Source: Alphaproteobacteria bacterium (lineage in GTDB: Bacteria; Pseudomonadota; Alphaproteobacteria; UBA828). Taken from it: a DNA stretch of 64,000 bases. Of the stretch, positions 28,158 through 38,831 are shown one piece after another. The stretch covers positions 1,376,001 through 1,440,000 of the forward strand of contig CBDEFM010000002.1 in the NCBI GenBank assembly GCA_965237415.1, in the 5' to 3' direction. The position numbers were made by a program, and so were the translations under genes. Numbering within the stretch: the first letter of the stretch is position 1; the number at the start of each line of letters is the position of its first letter. The notes under the pieces are model-generated. The model was not told the DNA's origin. It was given only the letters and a program-made list of their open reading frames with translations, and ran no database searches.

Positions 28158-29566
28158 GCACGGTGGCAACGCAGGCGGGCGCCGGGGCGAGCGCCGATAT
28201 CCGCGCTTCGAATTCCGGCATCATCCAGGCTTACCGGGCGAAGACTCCGGGCTCGGCGGCGCTCGCGGCCGAGGCCAGGGAGCTCCTTCCTTCCGGCATC
28301 GTCCACGATGCACGCCATCTGGAGCCTTACGGCATCTACGTCACGCGGGCCGAGGGTTCGCGCAAGTGGGACCGGGACGGCAACGAGTATGTCGATTACG
28401 CCGGCGGCCATGGCGCTCTGCTGCTTGGCCACGGCCGGCCGGAGGTCCTTGCCGCCATTCAGGACGCATTGCCGGACGGCACACACCCGGGCGCCAACCA
28501 CGAGCGCGAAGTCCGCTGGGCGCAGATCGTGGGCGAGCTTGTGCCGTGCGCGGAGCGGGTGCGCTTCACCTCCTCCGGCACCGAGGCGACCCACATGGCG
28601 CTCCGCCTCGCCCGCGCCCATACCGGCAAGAACAAGATCGTGCGCTTCAAGGGTCACTTCCACGGCTGGCACGATCACATGACCTCCGGCTATACCTCGC
28701 ACTTCGACGGGGCGCCGACGGCGGGCGTGCTGCCCGACCTCGCAGCCCAGGTGATCCTGCTGCCGCCCGGCGATCGGGAAGCCACGCGCGCCGCCTTCGA
28801 GGGCGACGACGATATCGCGGCGGCGATCCTGGAGCCGACCGGTGGCTCCTTCGGCCTCGTGCCCCATGTGCCGGAGTTTCTCGGCTTCCTGCGGGAGCTG
28901 ACGGCGAAGCACGGCGCGGTGCTGATCTTCGACGAGGTGGTCACCGGGTTCCGCGTCGCCCCCGGCGGCGCGCAGGGGCATTTCGGCGTCACCCCCGACA
29001 TGAGCACCCACGCCAAGATCATCGCCGGCGGCCTGCCGGGCGGCGCCGTGGCCGGGCGCAGGGAATTTCTCGACGACCTGGATTTCTATGCGACCAGGGA
29101 AAGCGGGCGCGAGAAGATCTTCCATCCCGGCACCTTCAATGCAAACCCCGTCTCCGCCGCCGCCGGCACGGCCGCGCTCACTATCGTGCGGGATTCGGAC
29201 GCCTGCGAGCGGGCATCGGCCTTCGGCGCGGAGCTCAGGGCCGCGCTCAACGACGTGTTGGAAGCGGAAGGCGTGCCCTGGTCGGTTTACGGCACCTTCT
29301 CCTCCTTCCACTTCTTCATGAACCCGCGCGGGCGCGCGATCCGGCCGGCTTCCTTCGATCCCCTCGACATCGACTATGCGGAGCTCAAGGATCGCCCGCC
29401 GGAGCTCGTGAACAAGATACGCCTCGGCCTGCTGGTGAACGGCGTGGACATCCAGGGCTGGCCCGGCGGCGTGACGTCGGCTGCCAACACGGCGGACGAC
29501 ATTTCGGTCACCGCCGACGCCTTGCGCGAGACGATCCGCATGTTGCGCCGCGAGGGGGAGCTCTAG
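28154..29566 (+). CDS. Class III PLP aminotransferase (glutamate-1-semialdehyde aminomutase-like)
   Basis: DGNEYVDY, RFTSSGTEAT, GHFHGWHD, LIFDEVVTGFR, AKIIAGGLP, HPGTFNANP. Confidence 0.88.
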   Translation: MSTVATQAGAGASADIRASNSGIIQAYRAKTPGSAALAAEARELLPSGIVHDARHLEPYGIYVTRAEGSRKWDRDGNEYVDYAGGHGALLLGHGRPEVLAAIQDALPDGTHPGANHEREVRWAQIVGELVPCAERVRFTSSGTEATHMALRLARAHTGKNKIVRFKGHFHGWHDHMTSGYTSHFDGAPTAGVLPDLAAQVILLPPGDREATRAAFEGDDDIAAAILEPTGGSFGLVPHVPEFLGFLRELTAKHGAVLIFDEVVTGFRVAPGGAQGHFGVTPDMSTHAKIIAGGLPGGAVAGRREFLDDLDFYATRESGREKIFHPGTFNANPVSAAAGTAALTIVRDSDACERASAFGAELRAALNDVLEAEGVPWSVYGTFSSFHFFMNPRGRAIRPASFDPLDIDYAELKDRPPELVNKIRLGLLVNGVDIQGWPGGVTSAANTADDISVTADALRETIRMLRREGEL

Positions 29567-29637
29567 CCGGAACGCCCAGGCGCCCTGCGGCTCCGGCCAG
29601 CGCGGCCTCGGCGGCGGCCCTCGGCGCGGGAGCACGA

Positions 29638-30801
29638 ATGGACACGCTCGAACGTTTCGCCGAAGCGAAGCTGGCTGCGCTCTCGGAGCAGCAGCTGCGC
29701 CGCACCCTCCACGAGACCGCGCCCTGCGGACCCGTCCGGGTCAAGCGGAACGGACGACCGCTGATTTCGTTCTGCAGCAACGACTACCTCAACCTGTCGC
29801 AGCACCCGGCGGTCAAGCGGGCGGCGGTCGAGGCCACCGAGCGCTGGGGCGCCGGAGCCGGCTCGTCGCGGTTGGTAACGGGCAACCATCCCCTCTTCGC
29901 GGAGCTGGAGCGCCGCCTGGCCCGGCTCAAGGGCACGGACGACGCCTGCGTCTTCGGCTCAGGCTACCTCGCCAACCTCGGCATCGTTCCGACCCTTGTC
30001 GGCGCCCGCGACCTGATCGTCGCGGACGAATTGAGCCACGCGTGCCTGCGCGCGGGCGCGGCGCTTTCGAGGTCGCACGTGGAGATCTTCCGTCACAACG
30101 ACCTCGACCATGTGGAGGACCTGTTGGCGACCCACCGCGCCAGCCACGAGCGCGCGTTGCTGCTGACTGACGGCGTGTTCAGCATGGATGGCGACCTCGC
30201 ACCGGTCGCGGCGCTCGCCGAGATCGCGGCGGCCCACGACGCATGGTTGATGACGGATGATGCCCACGGAATCGGCGTGGTCGGCGGCGGGCGCGGCTCG
30301 AGTTTTTGCGGCGGCGCCAAGGCGGACGTCCAGTTGCAGATGGGCACGCTGTCGAAGGCGGTCGGCGGCTATGGCGGCTATCTCTGCGCGTCGCAGGCGG
30401 TGATCGACCTGATCCGCACCCGGGCGCGGCCCTTCATTTACTCCACCGGCCTGCCGCCAGGCGTGGTTGCGGCAGGCATCGCGGCCCTCGACCTGATCGC
30501 GAACGATCCCGACCTGGTCGCGGCGCCGCTGCGCAAGGCGGCCTTTTTCTGCGCCCGCCTCAACCTCCCGGCGCCGGAGAGTTGCATCGTGCCGATCCTG
30601 CTCGGTGCGCCGGAGCGCGCGCTCACCGCATCGCGGCTGCTGGAGGAAGAAGGCTTCCTCGTCACCGCAATCAGGCCGCCGACGGTGCCGGAAGGCACGG
30701 CGCGGCTCCGCCTCACCTTCAGCGCGGGCCATGACGATGCCGACATCGAGTGGCTGGCCGACATCGTGCGCGAACGCATCCTCGATCATGACGAGCGATG
30801 A
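29638..30801 (+). CDS. bioF: 8-amino-7-oxononanoate synthase
   Basis: FCSNDYL, GAGSSRLVTG, VFSMDGD, DDAHG, GTLSKA, AIRPPTVP. Confidence 0.93.
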   Translation: MDTLERFAEAKLAALSEQQLRRTLHETAPCGPVRVKRNGRPLISFCSNDYLNLSQHPAVKRAAVEATERWGAGAGSSRLVTGNHPLFAELERRLARLKGTDDACVFGSGYLANLGIVPTLVGARDLIVADELSHACLRAGAALSRSHVEIFRHNDLDHVEDLLATHRASHERALLLTDGVFSMDGDLAPVAALAEIAAAHDAWLMTDDAHGIGVVGGGRGSSFCGGAKADVQLQMGTLSKAVGGYGGYLCASQAVIDLIRTRARPFIYSTGLPPGVVAAGIAALDLIANDPDLVAAPLRKAAFFCARLNLPAPESCIVPILLGAPERALTASRLLEEEGFLVTAIRPPTVPEGTARLRLTFSAGHDDADIEWLADIVRERILDHDER

Positions 30802-31481
30802 GCACGCTCTTCGTCACCGCCACGGGCACCGAGATCGGCAAGACCCTCGTCACCGCGGCGCTCTGCCATCAGCTTCGCGCGGCCGGCCAGCCGGTGCGCG
30901 CGCTCAAGCCGGTGCTGAGCGGCTACGATCCGGCGACACTCGCAGACAGCGACCCCGGCGTCCTCCTCGCGAGTCTCGGCGAAGCGGTGAGCGAGGAGGC
31001 TGTCGCCAGCATCGCGCCCTGGCGCTTCAGTGCGCCCCTCTCGCCCGACATGGCGGCAGCCCGCGAGGGTCGCCGCCTCGACCTCGCGGAAATCGTCGCC
31101 TTCTGTCGTGCCGCCGCCGGCGACCCGCTCCTGATCGAGGGCATCGGCGGGGCCATGGTGCCGCTCAACGAGCGACACACCGTGCTCGACTGGATCGCGG
31201 AACTCGGCGCGCCTGCGTTGGTGGTGACGGGCAGCTACCTCGGCACCATCAGCCACACGCTCACGACGCTCGCAGCCATACGCGGGCGAGGCGTCCCCAT
31301 CGCCGGGCTGGTCATCAGCGAATCTGCGGAAAGCCCGGTGGCCCTGGCCGAGACGGCGGAGACCATCAACCGCCACGCGGGGCCGCTGCCCACCGTTCTG
31401 GTCCCGCGCCTCCCCAATGGCCCCGCCCCCTGGCGCAAGGCCCCGCCAATCGCCCGTGCACTGGGCCTCCTGGACGCCTGA
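30798..31481 (+). CDS. bioD: Dethiobiotin synthase
   Basis: TATGTEIGKT, LKPVLSG, PLSPDMAA, IEGIGG, YLGTISH. Confidence 0.93.
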   Translation: MSTLFVTATGTEIGKTLVTAALCHQLRAAGQPVRALKPVLSGYDPATLADSDPGVLLASLGEAVSEEAVASIAPWRFSAPLSPDMAAAREGRRLDLAEIVAFCRAAAGDPLLIEGIGGAMVPLNERHTVLDWIAELGAPALVVTGSYLGTISHTLTTLAAIRGRGVPIAGLVISESAESPVALAETAETINRHAGPLPTVLVPRLPNGPAPWRKAPPIARALGLLDA

Positions 31482-31835
31482 AGAGACCGTCAGAGGACGC
31501 GCCTTCTCCCCACCCGTCAGGAAACCCCGGTCTCGAAGGGGATTACATCGTGATCCGGTGCAAGGAGCGCCGAACGGATCACCACGGTATGACTTGCAAC
31601 GCATATGAATCCATCTGTGCGTCATATGATATGCCGGCATATCGACAGTGATTGACTGTCAGTGCCGGGAGTGCGAGCCTTGCGGATCGACGCTCGGTCA
31701 CTCGATCGACAGCGCGCTTCCCGACTCTCCACCGGTCGCTCGTTGCCTAGTTTGGCCGCCGATTGGGAAGTGCAGTGAGGAATATGAAGCTCTTGCAACT
31801 GCTCTCGCTCTAGCCCGCATTGAGAGCCGGCTTTT

Positions 31836-32075
31836 ATGGAACGTCGCCAAACGGGGCACCTGCGAGACCGGCAGAGGAGCGGTATCGCAAACGGAACCCG
31901 TGCGGAACCCACGGAGACCGATCCGAACAGCGTCCAAAGAAGCCGGCACGCAATTCGCTACGGCCTCGGGCTCTTGCTTGTTGCGTTGTGCGTCGGTCTT
32001 GCGGCAGCGCTCTTCCTGACGATCGGGAAGGCGCATGCCGAGGTCTTCCTGCTAGGCGCCTACGCGGCGTTTTGA
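31836..32075 (+). CDS. Small hypothetical membrane/secreted peptide (79 aa)
   Basis: Basic N-region, hydrophobic helix, AHA motif; sits in an otherwise empty intergenic region. Confidence 0.35.
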   Translation: MERRQTGHLRDRQRSGIANGTRAEPTETDPNSVQRSRHAIRYGLGLLLVALCVGLAAALFLTIGKAHAEVFLLGAYAAF

Positions 32076-32106
32076 CACGTCGGCATAACGGCCCGCTTCT
32101 CAATCG

Positions 32107-34341
32107 TCAGAGAAACCGGTTGGCGGCAGGGAACCCACGCGGCGCCGCACGCCCGGCCTGACCGCGCTTGCCGCGCCATTGGTCGAGCTGGATCTCCGTG
32201 CGGACGCCGGCGCCGGAGCGCCAGCGCAGCCCCTCGGCACCGTCGAAGACCTGCACGTCCGAGAGCCCGGCATCGCGATAGCGTTGCAAGATCACGCCCC
32301 GGCCGCGCGCCATTGTCGGCACCTCGGCGGCAGGGAAGAGCAGCAGGCGCCGGTTGGTGCCGACGACCGCGACCGTATCGCCGGCCGCCTCGACACAGAC
32401 CGCGGCCTCCGCTCCCTGCGCCACGTTGAGCACCTGCCGCCCGGTGCGGGTCTGGGCGACGGCATCGTCCTCGGAGACGAAGAAGCCGCGCCCGTCGCTC
32501 GCCGCCACCAGCAACAGCCGGCCGGGCCGGTGAACGAAGAGCGCGACCGGCTCGTGGTCGTTGCCGAGGTCCACCATGAGGCGCACGGGCTCGCCGAAGC
32601 CGCGCCCGCCGGGGAGGCGATCCGCCGCGAGCGTGTAAAAGCGCCCGTTGGTGGCGAAGAGCAGCAGCTTGTCGGTGGTCTCGGCATGAAAGCGGAAGCG
32701 CTCGCGGTCGCCATCCTTGTAGCGCACCGCCGTCACGTCTTCGACATGGCCCTTGACCGCGCGAATCCATCCCTTGGCCGAGCAGGTCACCGTGACCGGC
32801 TCGCGATCAACCAGGGCCTCCACGGGCACCGTCTGCGGCGGGGGCGTCCCGCCAACAGCGGTGCGGCGTGCGCCGAGCACAGTCTCCTGCCCGAAGCGCT
32901 CGTTGATTTCCGCGATCTCGGCGAGCAGCACGGACTTCTGCCGGCGTGCGCTCTTCTCGAGTTTTTCGAGCTGGGTGCGCTCCGCCTCCAGCGCCTCGTG
33001 CTCGCGCCCGATCGCCGCCTCCTCGAGCCTGCGCAGCGCGCGCAGGCGCATGTTGAGGATCGCTTCCGCCTGCACGTCGCTGATCCCGAACGCGGCCACC
33101 AGCGCCGCCTTGGGCTCGTCCTCCTCGCGGACGATGCGGATCACCTCGTCGAGGTTGAGGTACGCGACCAGATAGCCGCCGAGCACATCGAGCCGGTGGG
33201 CGATCGCCGCCAGCCGATGGGCGGTACGTCGCAACAGGACCGTGCGCCGATGGTCGAGAAACGCCTGAAGCACCTGCTTCAGCGTCATCACGCGGGGAAC
33301 GCCCGCCGCATCCAACATGTTCATGTTGAGCCCGATGCGGTTCTCCAGCTCGGTCTGGCGGAACAGCATCTCCATCAAGAGCCCCGCCTCGACGGTGCGG
33401 CTCTTGGGCTCGAGCACGATCCGCACGTCCTCGGCCGATTCGTCGCGCACGTCGGCGAGCAGGGCGAGCTTGCGGGCCTGGAGAAGCTCGGCGATGCGCT
33501 CGATGAGGCGCGCCTTCTGCACCTGGTAGGGAATCTCGGTGACCACGATCTGGTACTGGCCGCGGCCGATGTTCTCCTTCTCCCAGCGAGCACGGACGCG
33601 GAAGCCGCCGCGCCCCGTGGCATAGGCGTCTGCGATCTGCGCGCGGGCTTCCACCAGCACGCCACCCGTGGGGAAGTCCGGTCCCGGCACGAGCGTCACC
33701 AGCGCCTCGTCGGAGAGCCTTGGGTCCTTCAGCAACGCAGTGAGCGCGTCGCAAAGCTCGCCCGCATTGTGGGGCGGGATACTGGTGGCGAGGCCGACGG
33801 CGATTCCCGCAGCCCCGTTGGCGAGCAGGTTGGGGAAGGCTGCCGGCAGCACCACCGGCTCGCTGTCGCCGCCGTCGTAGGTCTCGCGGAAATCGACGGC
33901 GTCCTCGTCGAGGCCGTTGAGCAGGGACTGCGCAACCTCTGTGAGGCGCGCCTCGGTGTAGCGCATCGCCGCGGCGTTATCGCCATCGACGTTACCGAAA
34001 TTGCCTTGCCCCTCGACCAGCGCGTAGCGCGCGGCGAAGGTCTGGGCGAGCCGCACGAGGGCGTCGTACACCGCGGCATCGCCGTGGGGGTGGTACTTGC
34101 CGATCACGTCGCCCACCACGCGCGCGCACTTCTTGAAACCCGCATCCGGGTCGAGCTTCAGCGCCCGCATGGCATAGAGAAGGCGTCGCTGGACCGGCTT
34201 GAGCCCGTCACGCACATCGGGCAGCGAGCGTGCGGTGATGGTGGAGAGCGCGTAGGCAAGATAGCGCTCGCTCAGCGCATCGCCGAACGGCACTGGAAGG
34301 ACCGCGCCTTCCGTCGCGATGTCGTCTGCGATTCGCGCCAT
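32107..34341 (-). CDS. parC: DNA topoisomerase IV subunit A
   Basis: [34 protein letters not shown]-terminal RGRGVILQ and RGQAGR. Confidence 0.96.
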   Translation of the reverse strand: MARIADDIATEGAVLPVPFGDALSERYLAYALSTITARSLPDVRDGLKPVQRRLLYAMRALKLDPDAGFKKCARVVGDVIGKYHPHGDAAVYDALVRLAQTFAARYALVEGQGNFGNVDGDNAAAMRYTEARLTEVAQSLLNGLDEDAVDFRETYDGGDSEPVVLPAAFPNLLANGAAGIAVGLATSIPPHNAGELCDALTALLKDPRLSDEALVTLVPGPDFPTGGVLVEARAQIADAYATGRGGFRVRARWEKENIGRGQYQIVVTEIPYQVQKARLIERIAELLQARKLALLADVRDESAEDVRIVLEPKSRTVEAGLLMEMLFRQTELENRIGLNMNMLDAAGVPRVMTLKQVLQAFLDHRRTVLLRRTAHRLAAIAHRLDVLGGYLVAYLNLDEVIRIVREEDEPKAALVAAFGISDVQAEAILNMRLRALRRLEEAAIGREHEALEAERTQLEKLEKSARRQKSVLLAEIAEINERFGQETVLGARRTAVGGTPPPQTVPVEALVDREPVTVTCSAKGWIRAVKGHVEDVTAVRYKDGDRERFRFHAETTDKLLLFATNGRFYTLAADRLPGGRGFGEPVRLMVDLGNDHEPVALFVHRPGRLLLVAASDGRGFFVSEDDAVAQTRTGRQVLNVAQGAEAAVCVEAAGDTVAVVGTNRRLLLFPAAEVPTMARGRGVILQRYRDAGLSDVQVFDGAEGLRWRSGAGVRTEIQLDQWRGKRGQAGRAAPRGFPAANRFL

Positions 34342-34372
34342 AGCCAGCGCTATAGCACAGGCAGCATGCCGT

Positions 34373-35143
34373 TTATGATTCTTGCCTCACCTGCGTAGCC
34401 GGCGACGAGGTCGCGCCAGTCTGCAGGCGATCGATGAAGCGCTCCCTGGCGGGCGGCATGCGGCCGCCCTGGCCTCCGAACACGTGTTTCTCCAGGAACC
34501 AGCCGGTCAGCCTGAGGCCCGCGACGATGTCGGCGGCGGTGGCAGAGCCGGTGTCGCCCTCCGACAGTGCAAGGAAAGGCGGCAGCGGGAGCAACTTCTC
34601 CGCATAGGGCGCGCCGGCCTCACGCGAGACCGCCCGACCGCTGCGCGGCGACACATACGCCAGCCCCTCGACCGCGCCGGTCGCCGCGCAGGCCGAGAGG
34701 TCGAGGCCGAAACCGAGCTCGCCGAGCAGCGCGAGTTCCCAGCGGACCACGGTCTCGGCCCAACGCTCATTCGCTTCGAGGGCGTCGAGCAGATGCCCGA
34801 GGGCGCGGTAAACCTGCGGATAGGGATGCCTCTCCGCCAACGTCGCCTCTGTCAGCGCGCAGACGGCGGCGAGCGCGGCAAGACGGGGCGGATCGTCCAG
34901 CAGCACGCTTGATTGTGCGCGCACGAGCTCGCACGTGTAGCGCCCGAGATGCTCGGCGAGGCGCGCCTGCCAGCGTGCCGCGAGCGTGTTGCCCGGCTGG
35001 TAGAGCCCGCGCCCCCGGCGGCCGCGCGCGCCCTGCACGAGGCCGGCATGGCGGCCGTGATGCTCGGTGAGCAACGAGACGACGGCGGCGCTCTCGCCAT
35101 GGCGGCGGGCAGAGAGGACGATCCCCGTATCGCTCCATTCCAT
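34373..35143 (-). CDS. recO: DNA repair protein RecO
   Basis: [43 protein letters not shown]; recO-parC synteny. Confidence 0.94.
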   Translation of the reverse strand: MEWSDTGIVLSARRHGESAAVVSLLTEHHGRHAGLVQGARGRRGRGLYQPGNTLAARWQARLAEHLGRYTCELVRAQSSVLLDDPPRLAALAAVCALTEATLAERHPYPQVYRALGHLLDALEANERWAETVVRWELALLGELGFGLDLSACAATGAVEGLAYVSPRSGRAVSREAGAPYAEKLLPLPPFLALSEGDTGSATAADIVAGLRLTGWFLEKHVFGGQGGRMPPARERFIDRLQTGATSSPATQVRQES

Positions 35144-35243
35144 GCCGCCTGCCCCCGAATCGGTGCCGGTGACGCGCCCGGGCCGAAACACTGCCGCGCG
35201 CCCGGCGCGCTTGCAACGCATCCGTCCCTCCGCCAATATCGTC

Positions 35244-35338
35244 GCCGCTCTGGGGGAGCCGTGCGCGGCTGAGAGGTCGGACCCACTCCGACGACCCCTT
35301 GAACCTGATCCGGTTAGGACCGGCGTAGGAAACGAGAC
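35244..35338 (+). ncRNA. TPP (THI-box) riboswitch
   Basis: GGGGAGCC...GGCTGAGA...ACCC..GAACCTGATCCGGTTAGGACCGGCGTAGGA directly upstream of a NMT1/THI5 ABC operon. Confidence 0.93.
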
Positions 35339-36106
35339 ATGACCTCACCAGAACACCCACACTCCGAGTCGGACCACGCTGTCCGCGTTGAAGGCGCACG
35401 ATTTGGGTTCGAGGGCACGCTCCTCTTCGACGGTCTGGAGCTCGCTCTGGAGCAGGGCCGGTGGACCTGTCTGCTGGGGCCTAGCGGCGTCGGCAAGTCG
35501 AGCCTGTTACGGGTCATCGCGGGCCTGGAGCGGCTGGAAGCCGGCAGCCTGGGCATCCCGAGCGGTGCGTCGGTCGCCTACATGGCGCAACAGGACCTGC
35601 TGATGCCGTGGCTGAGCGCGCTCGGCAACGTCTCCCTCGGCGCGCGCTTGCGCGGCGAGAAGCCCGACCGCGCGCACGCGCTCGCCATGCTGGATCGCGT
35701 GGGCCTCGGCGCCGAGGCCGACGCGCTCCCGCATACGCTCTCTGGCGGCATGCGCCAGCGGGTGGCGCTTGCCCGCACCTTGATGGAAGACCGGCCCGTC
35801 GTCCTCATGGACGAGCCGTTCTCGGCCCTCGACGCGATCACGCGGATGCGGCTGCAGGAGCTTGCCGCCAGCCTGCTCGCCGGGCGCACGGTGCTGCTGG
35901 TGACCCACGACCCGCTGGAGGCGCTCCGGCTGGGGGATCGCATCTACGTCATGGCGGGGCGCCCGGCCTCGCTGCAGAGCGCGCCCGTGCCCGACGGTCC
36001 CCCGCCCCGGAAGCCCCGCGACCGGTCCTTGCAGGCGATGCATGCAGAGCTGCTGGAACGGCTCACGGCGGCCGACGATGCCGGGGCCGACCGGCGGCCC
36101 ACGTGA
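35339..36106 (+). CDS. ABC transporter ATP-binding subunit (ThiZ-like, hydroxymethylpyrimidine uptake)
   Basis: GPSGVGKS, LSGGMRQR, LMDEPFSALD, VTHD. Confidence 0.9.
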   Translation: MTSPEHPHSESDHAVRVEGARFGFEGTLLFDGLELALEQGRWTCLLGPSGVGKSSLLRVIAGLERLEAGSLGIPSGASVAYMAQQDLLMPWLSALGNVSLGARLRGEKPDRAHALAMLDRVGLGAEADALPHTLSGGMRQRVALARTLMEDRPVVLMDEPFSALDAITRMRLQELAASLLAGRTVLLVTHDPLEALRLGDRIYVMAGRPASLQSAPVPDGPPPRKPRDRSLQAMHAELLERLTAADDAGADRRPT

Positions 36107-36121
36107 TGGCGGCGGCCCGGA

Positions 36122-36862
36122 ATGCACGCCCTCAGGCTAACGACGGTCTGCGGCCTTCTGGTCCTGGTCTGGCAGGCGGTCGTCTGGCTCGCCGAGACTC
36201 CCCACTACATTTTGCCAGGGCCGGCGCGGGTGGGTGCGACCTGGTGGCACCATGCCGGGCTGATCCTGAGCCATGCCCAGACGACGGTGCTGGAAATCGT
36301 CTTGGGCCTCGTCCTCGGCACGCTGCTGGGCGTCGTCAGCGCCCTGGTGCTCACCTATGTCCGGCCGGCGCGGCTCTGGCTCCTGCCGGTGCTGGTCGCG
36401 TCCCAGGCGGTGCCCGTCTTCGCGCTGGCGCCGATCCTCGTGCTTTGGCTCGGCTACGGGATCGCGTCGAAGGTCGCGATGGCGACGCTCATCATCTACT
36501 TCCCGGTGGCCGCCAACTTCTTCGATGGCCTCCGGCGGACCGAGCCGGGCTGGCTCGACCTCGCCCGTGCCATGGGCGCGAGCCCGTGGCGGACGCTCTG
36601 GCGCATCCGCGTGCCGGCGGCCTTGCCCGCATTGGCCTCCGGCGTCCGCGTCGCCGCGGCGGTGGCACCCATCGGCGCCGTGGTGGGCGAATGGGTAGGC
36701 TCGAGCGCCGGCCTCGGCTTCCTCATGCTGCACGCCAACGGGCGCATGCAGATCGACCTGATGTTCGCCGCACTGCTCACCCTCGCGGCCTTTGCGGTGG
36801 CGATCTACTTCATCATCGACCACGTGCTGCGCCGGGCCCTTCATTGGCAACCGGACACGTAA
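36122..36862 (+). CDS. ABC transporter permease (ThiX-like)
   Basis: QAVPVFALAPILVLWLGYG, EAA-like LARAMGAS, GAVVGEWVG. Confidence 0.9.
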   Translation: MHALRLTTVCGLLVLVWQAVVWLAETPHYILPGPARVGATWWHHAGLILSHAQTTVLEIVLGLVLGTLLGVVSALVLTYVRPARLWLLPVLVASQAVPVFALAPILVLWLGYGIASKVAMATLIIYFPVAANFFDGLRRTEPGWLDLARAMGASPWRTLWRIRVPAALPALASGVRVAAAVAPIGAVVGEWVGSSAGLGFLMLHANGRMQIDLMFAALLTLAAFAVAIYFIIDHVLRRALHWQPDT

Positions 36863-36885
36863 GTTATCAACAGGGAGAATGACCC

Positions 36886-37845
36886 ATGCGAAGAATTGCC
36901 AAGACACTGCTGGTGGCGGCGGCCCTGTGCCTGGCTGCGGCCGTGTTCGCCCCCAAACCCTCTGGTGCCACCGACAAGCTGACCCTGATTCTCGACTGGT
37001 TCATCAACCCCGACCACGCGCCCCTCTTCGTCGCGCTGGAGAAGGGCTACTTCGCGGATGAGGGGATCGAGGTCGAGCTCATCGCGCCGGCCGACCCCAA
37101 CGACCCGCCCAAGCTGGTCGCCGCCGGCAAGGCTGATCTCGCAGTCTCCTACCAGCCGCAGCTTCACCTGCAGGTGGCCGAAGGACTGCCCCTGGTGCGG
37201 ATCGCGACGCTGGTGGCGACCCCGCTGAACACGCTGCTGGTGCTCGCCGACGGGCCGGTCCAGTCGATCGCCGATCTCAAGGGCCGCACGGTCGGCTACT
37301 CGGTCGGCGGCTTCGAGGACGCGCTGCTCGGCGCCATGCTCGAGCGCCACGGCCTCGGGATCGAGGACGTGACGCTGGTCAACGTCAACTTCTCGCTCTC
37401 GCCGTCGCTGCTCTCGGGCCAGGTCGATGCCGTGATCGGCGCCTACCGCAACTTCGAGCTCAACCAGATGGAGATCGAAGGGCACGCCGGCCGCGCCTTC
37501 TACATCGAGGAGGAGGGCGTGCCACCCTACGATGAGCTCATCGTCGTCGCCCATACCGAGCGGCAGGGCGACCCGGCGATGCGGCGCTTCGTCGATGCCC
37601 TGGAGCGCGGCGTCCAGTTCCTCATCAACCACCCGGACGAGTCCTGGCAGCTCTTCCTGCGCGGCCGCGAGGAGCTCGACGACGAGCTCAACAAGCGCGC
37701 CTGGCGCGACACGCTGCCGCGCTTCGCGCTGAGGCCCGCGGCGCTCGATACCGCGCGCTACGAGCGCTTCGCGGCCTTTCTCCAGGCCCAGGGGCTGATC
37801 CCTGAGGCGCTCCCCGCCTCGGCCTACGCGGTGGAGCTGGATTAG
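36886..37845 (+). CDS. ABC substrate-binding protein, NMT1/THI5 (ThiY-like)
   Basis: LDWFINPDHAP, SYQPQL, GAYRNFE, PYDEL. Confidence 0.9.
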   Translation: MRRIAKTLLVAAALCLAAAVFAPKPSGATDKLTLILDWFINPDHAPLFVALEKGYFADEGIEVELIAPADPNDPPKLVAAGKADLAVSYQPQLHLQVAEGLPLVRIATLVATPLNTLLVLADGPVQSIADLKGRTVGYSVGGFEDALLGAMLERHGLGIEDVTLVNVNFSLSPSLLSGQVDAVIGAYRNFELNQMEIEGHAGRAFYIEEEGVPPYDELIVVAHTERQGDPAMRRFVDALERGVQFLINHPDESWQLFLRGREELDDELNKRAWRDTLPRFALRPAALDTARYERFAAFLQAQGLIPEALPASAYAVELD

Positions 37846-38801
37846 CCCTCCACGCCGATTCGCGCGGCAAACGCGAGCACGGCGCGGGCGAGAGCCTGCT
37901 TCTCCGTGCGCGCGGTCATCATCGTGGCCGTGACCTCGACCGCAACGCCGGATGCAGCGATCCCGGCCGCCTCGGCGCGGTCGGCCTCGTCGAGCACGAA
38001 GCCGTCGATCAGCCCGGCATAGTGGCGGGCGACGGCGGTTGCGCTCGGCGCGATGCCGCGCTCCGCCATCATCTTGGCCGTCGGCCCCTTGACCGCCTGC
38101 CCACCGATAATCGGGGAGACCGCGATCACTGGCGCCCGGCAGTCCGAGAGTGCCGCGCGCACGCCGGGGACCGCGAGGATCGGGTCGATGCTGATGTAGG
38201 GGTTGGACGGGCAGATGATGACCGCGCCGAGATCGGGCGCCGCGAGCGCCTCGAGGAAAGCGGCCGAGGGCCGTGCCTGCTCCGCCCCCTCGTGGCGGAA
38301 GTCCAGCACCTTCGGCCGGCAGCGCTCGCGGACGAAATAGTGCTGGAAGGCGAGCGGGCCTTCCGGCGTCTCGACGACGGTCGGCACCGGATCGTCGCTC
38401 ATGGGCAGGATGCGCGCCTGGATGCCGAGCCTCGCGCACAGTGCAGCCGTGACCGCGCTCAGGCTCTCGCCGGCCCGCAGTCGCCGGGTCCGCTCGACAT
38501 GGATGGCGAGGTCCTTGTCGCCGAGGAAGAACCAGGTTTCGCCGCCGAGCGCGCCGAGCGCCGCCATGAAGGCGCCGTTCTCCCCTGCCCGCCCCCAGCC
38601 GGTCTCCGGGTTCGCGAGCCCCGCGAGGGTGTAGGTGAGCGTGTCGAGATCGGGGCAGACCTTGAGGCCGAGATGCTCGAAGTCGTCGCCGGTGTTGGCG
38701 ACGATGGTGAGCCGGGCGGGGTCGTCAAGCACGTCGCAGAGCCCGAGGGCGAGCTTGGCGCCGCCGACACCCCCGGAGAGCGCCACGTAGCTGGCGCTCA
38801 T
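37842..38801 (-). CDS. cofD: 2-phospho-L-lactate transferase
   Basis: LSGGVGGAKL, NTGDD, CPDLDT, WFFLGDKD, PSNPYISIDPIL, VKGPTAKMM. Confidence 0.94.
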   Translation of the reverse strand: MSASYVALSGGVGGAKLALGLCDVLDDPARLTIVANTGDDFEHLGLKVCPDLDTLTYTLAGLANPETGWGRAGENGAFMAALGALGGETWFFLGDKDLAIHVERTRRLRAGESLSAVTAALCARLGIQARILPMSDDPVPTVVETPEGPLAFQHYFVRERCRPKVLDFRHEGAEQARPSAAFLEALAAPDLGAVIICPSNPYISIDPILAVPGVRAALSDCRAPVIAVSPIIGGQAVKGPTAKMMAERGIAPSATAVARHYAGLIDGFVLDEADRAEAAGIAASGVAVEVTATMMTARTEKQALARAVLAFAARIGVEG

Positions 38802-38831
38802 GACGGAGCCCGAGCGTAAGCGCCGCGTACC

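Noticed and set aside
28366-30801. 811-aa ORF suggesting a BioF fusion
   Set aside because: The N-terminal part is an off-frame overlap with the aminotransferase; bioF starts at 29638 after a GGGAG RBS.
31810-31821. CTAGCCCGCATT matching the end of the structured element
   Set aside because: Only 12 bp with no second end or internal homology; chance match or an unprovable remnant.
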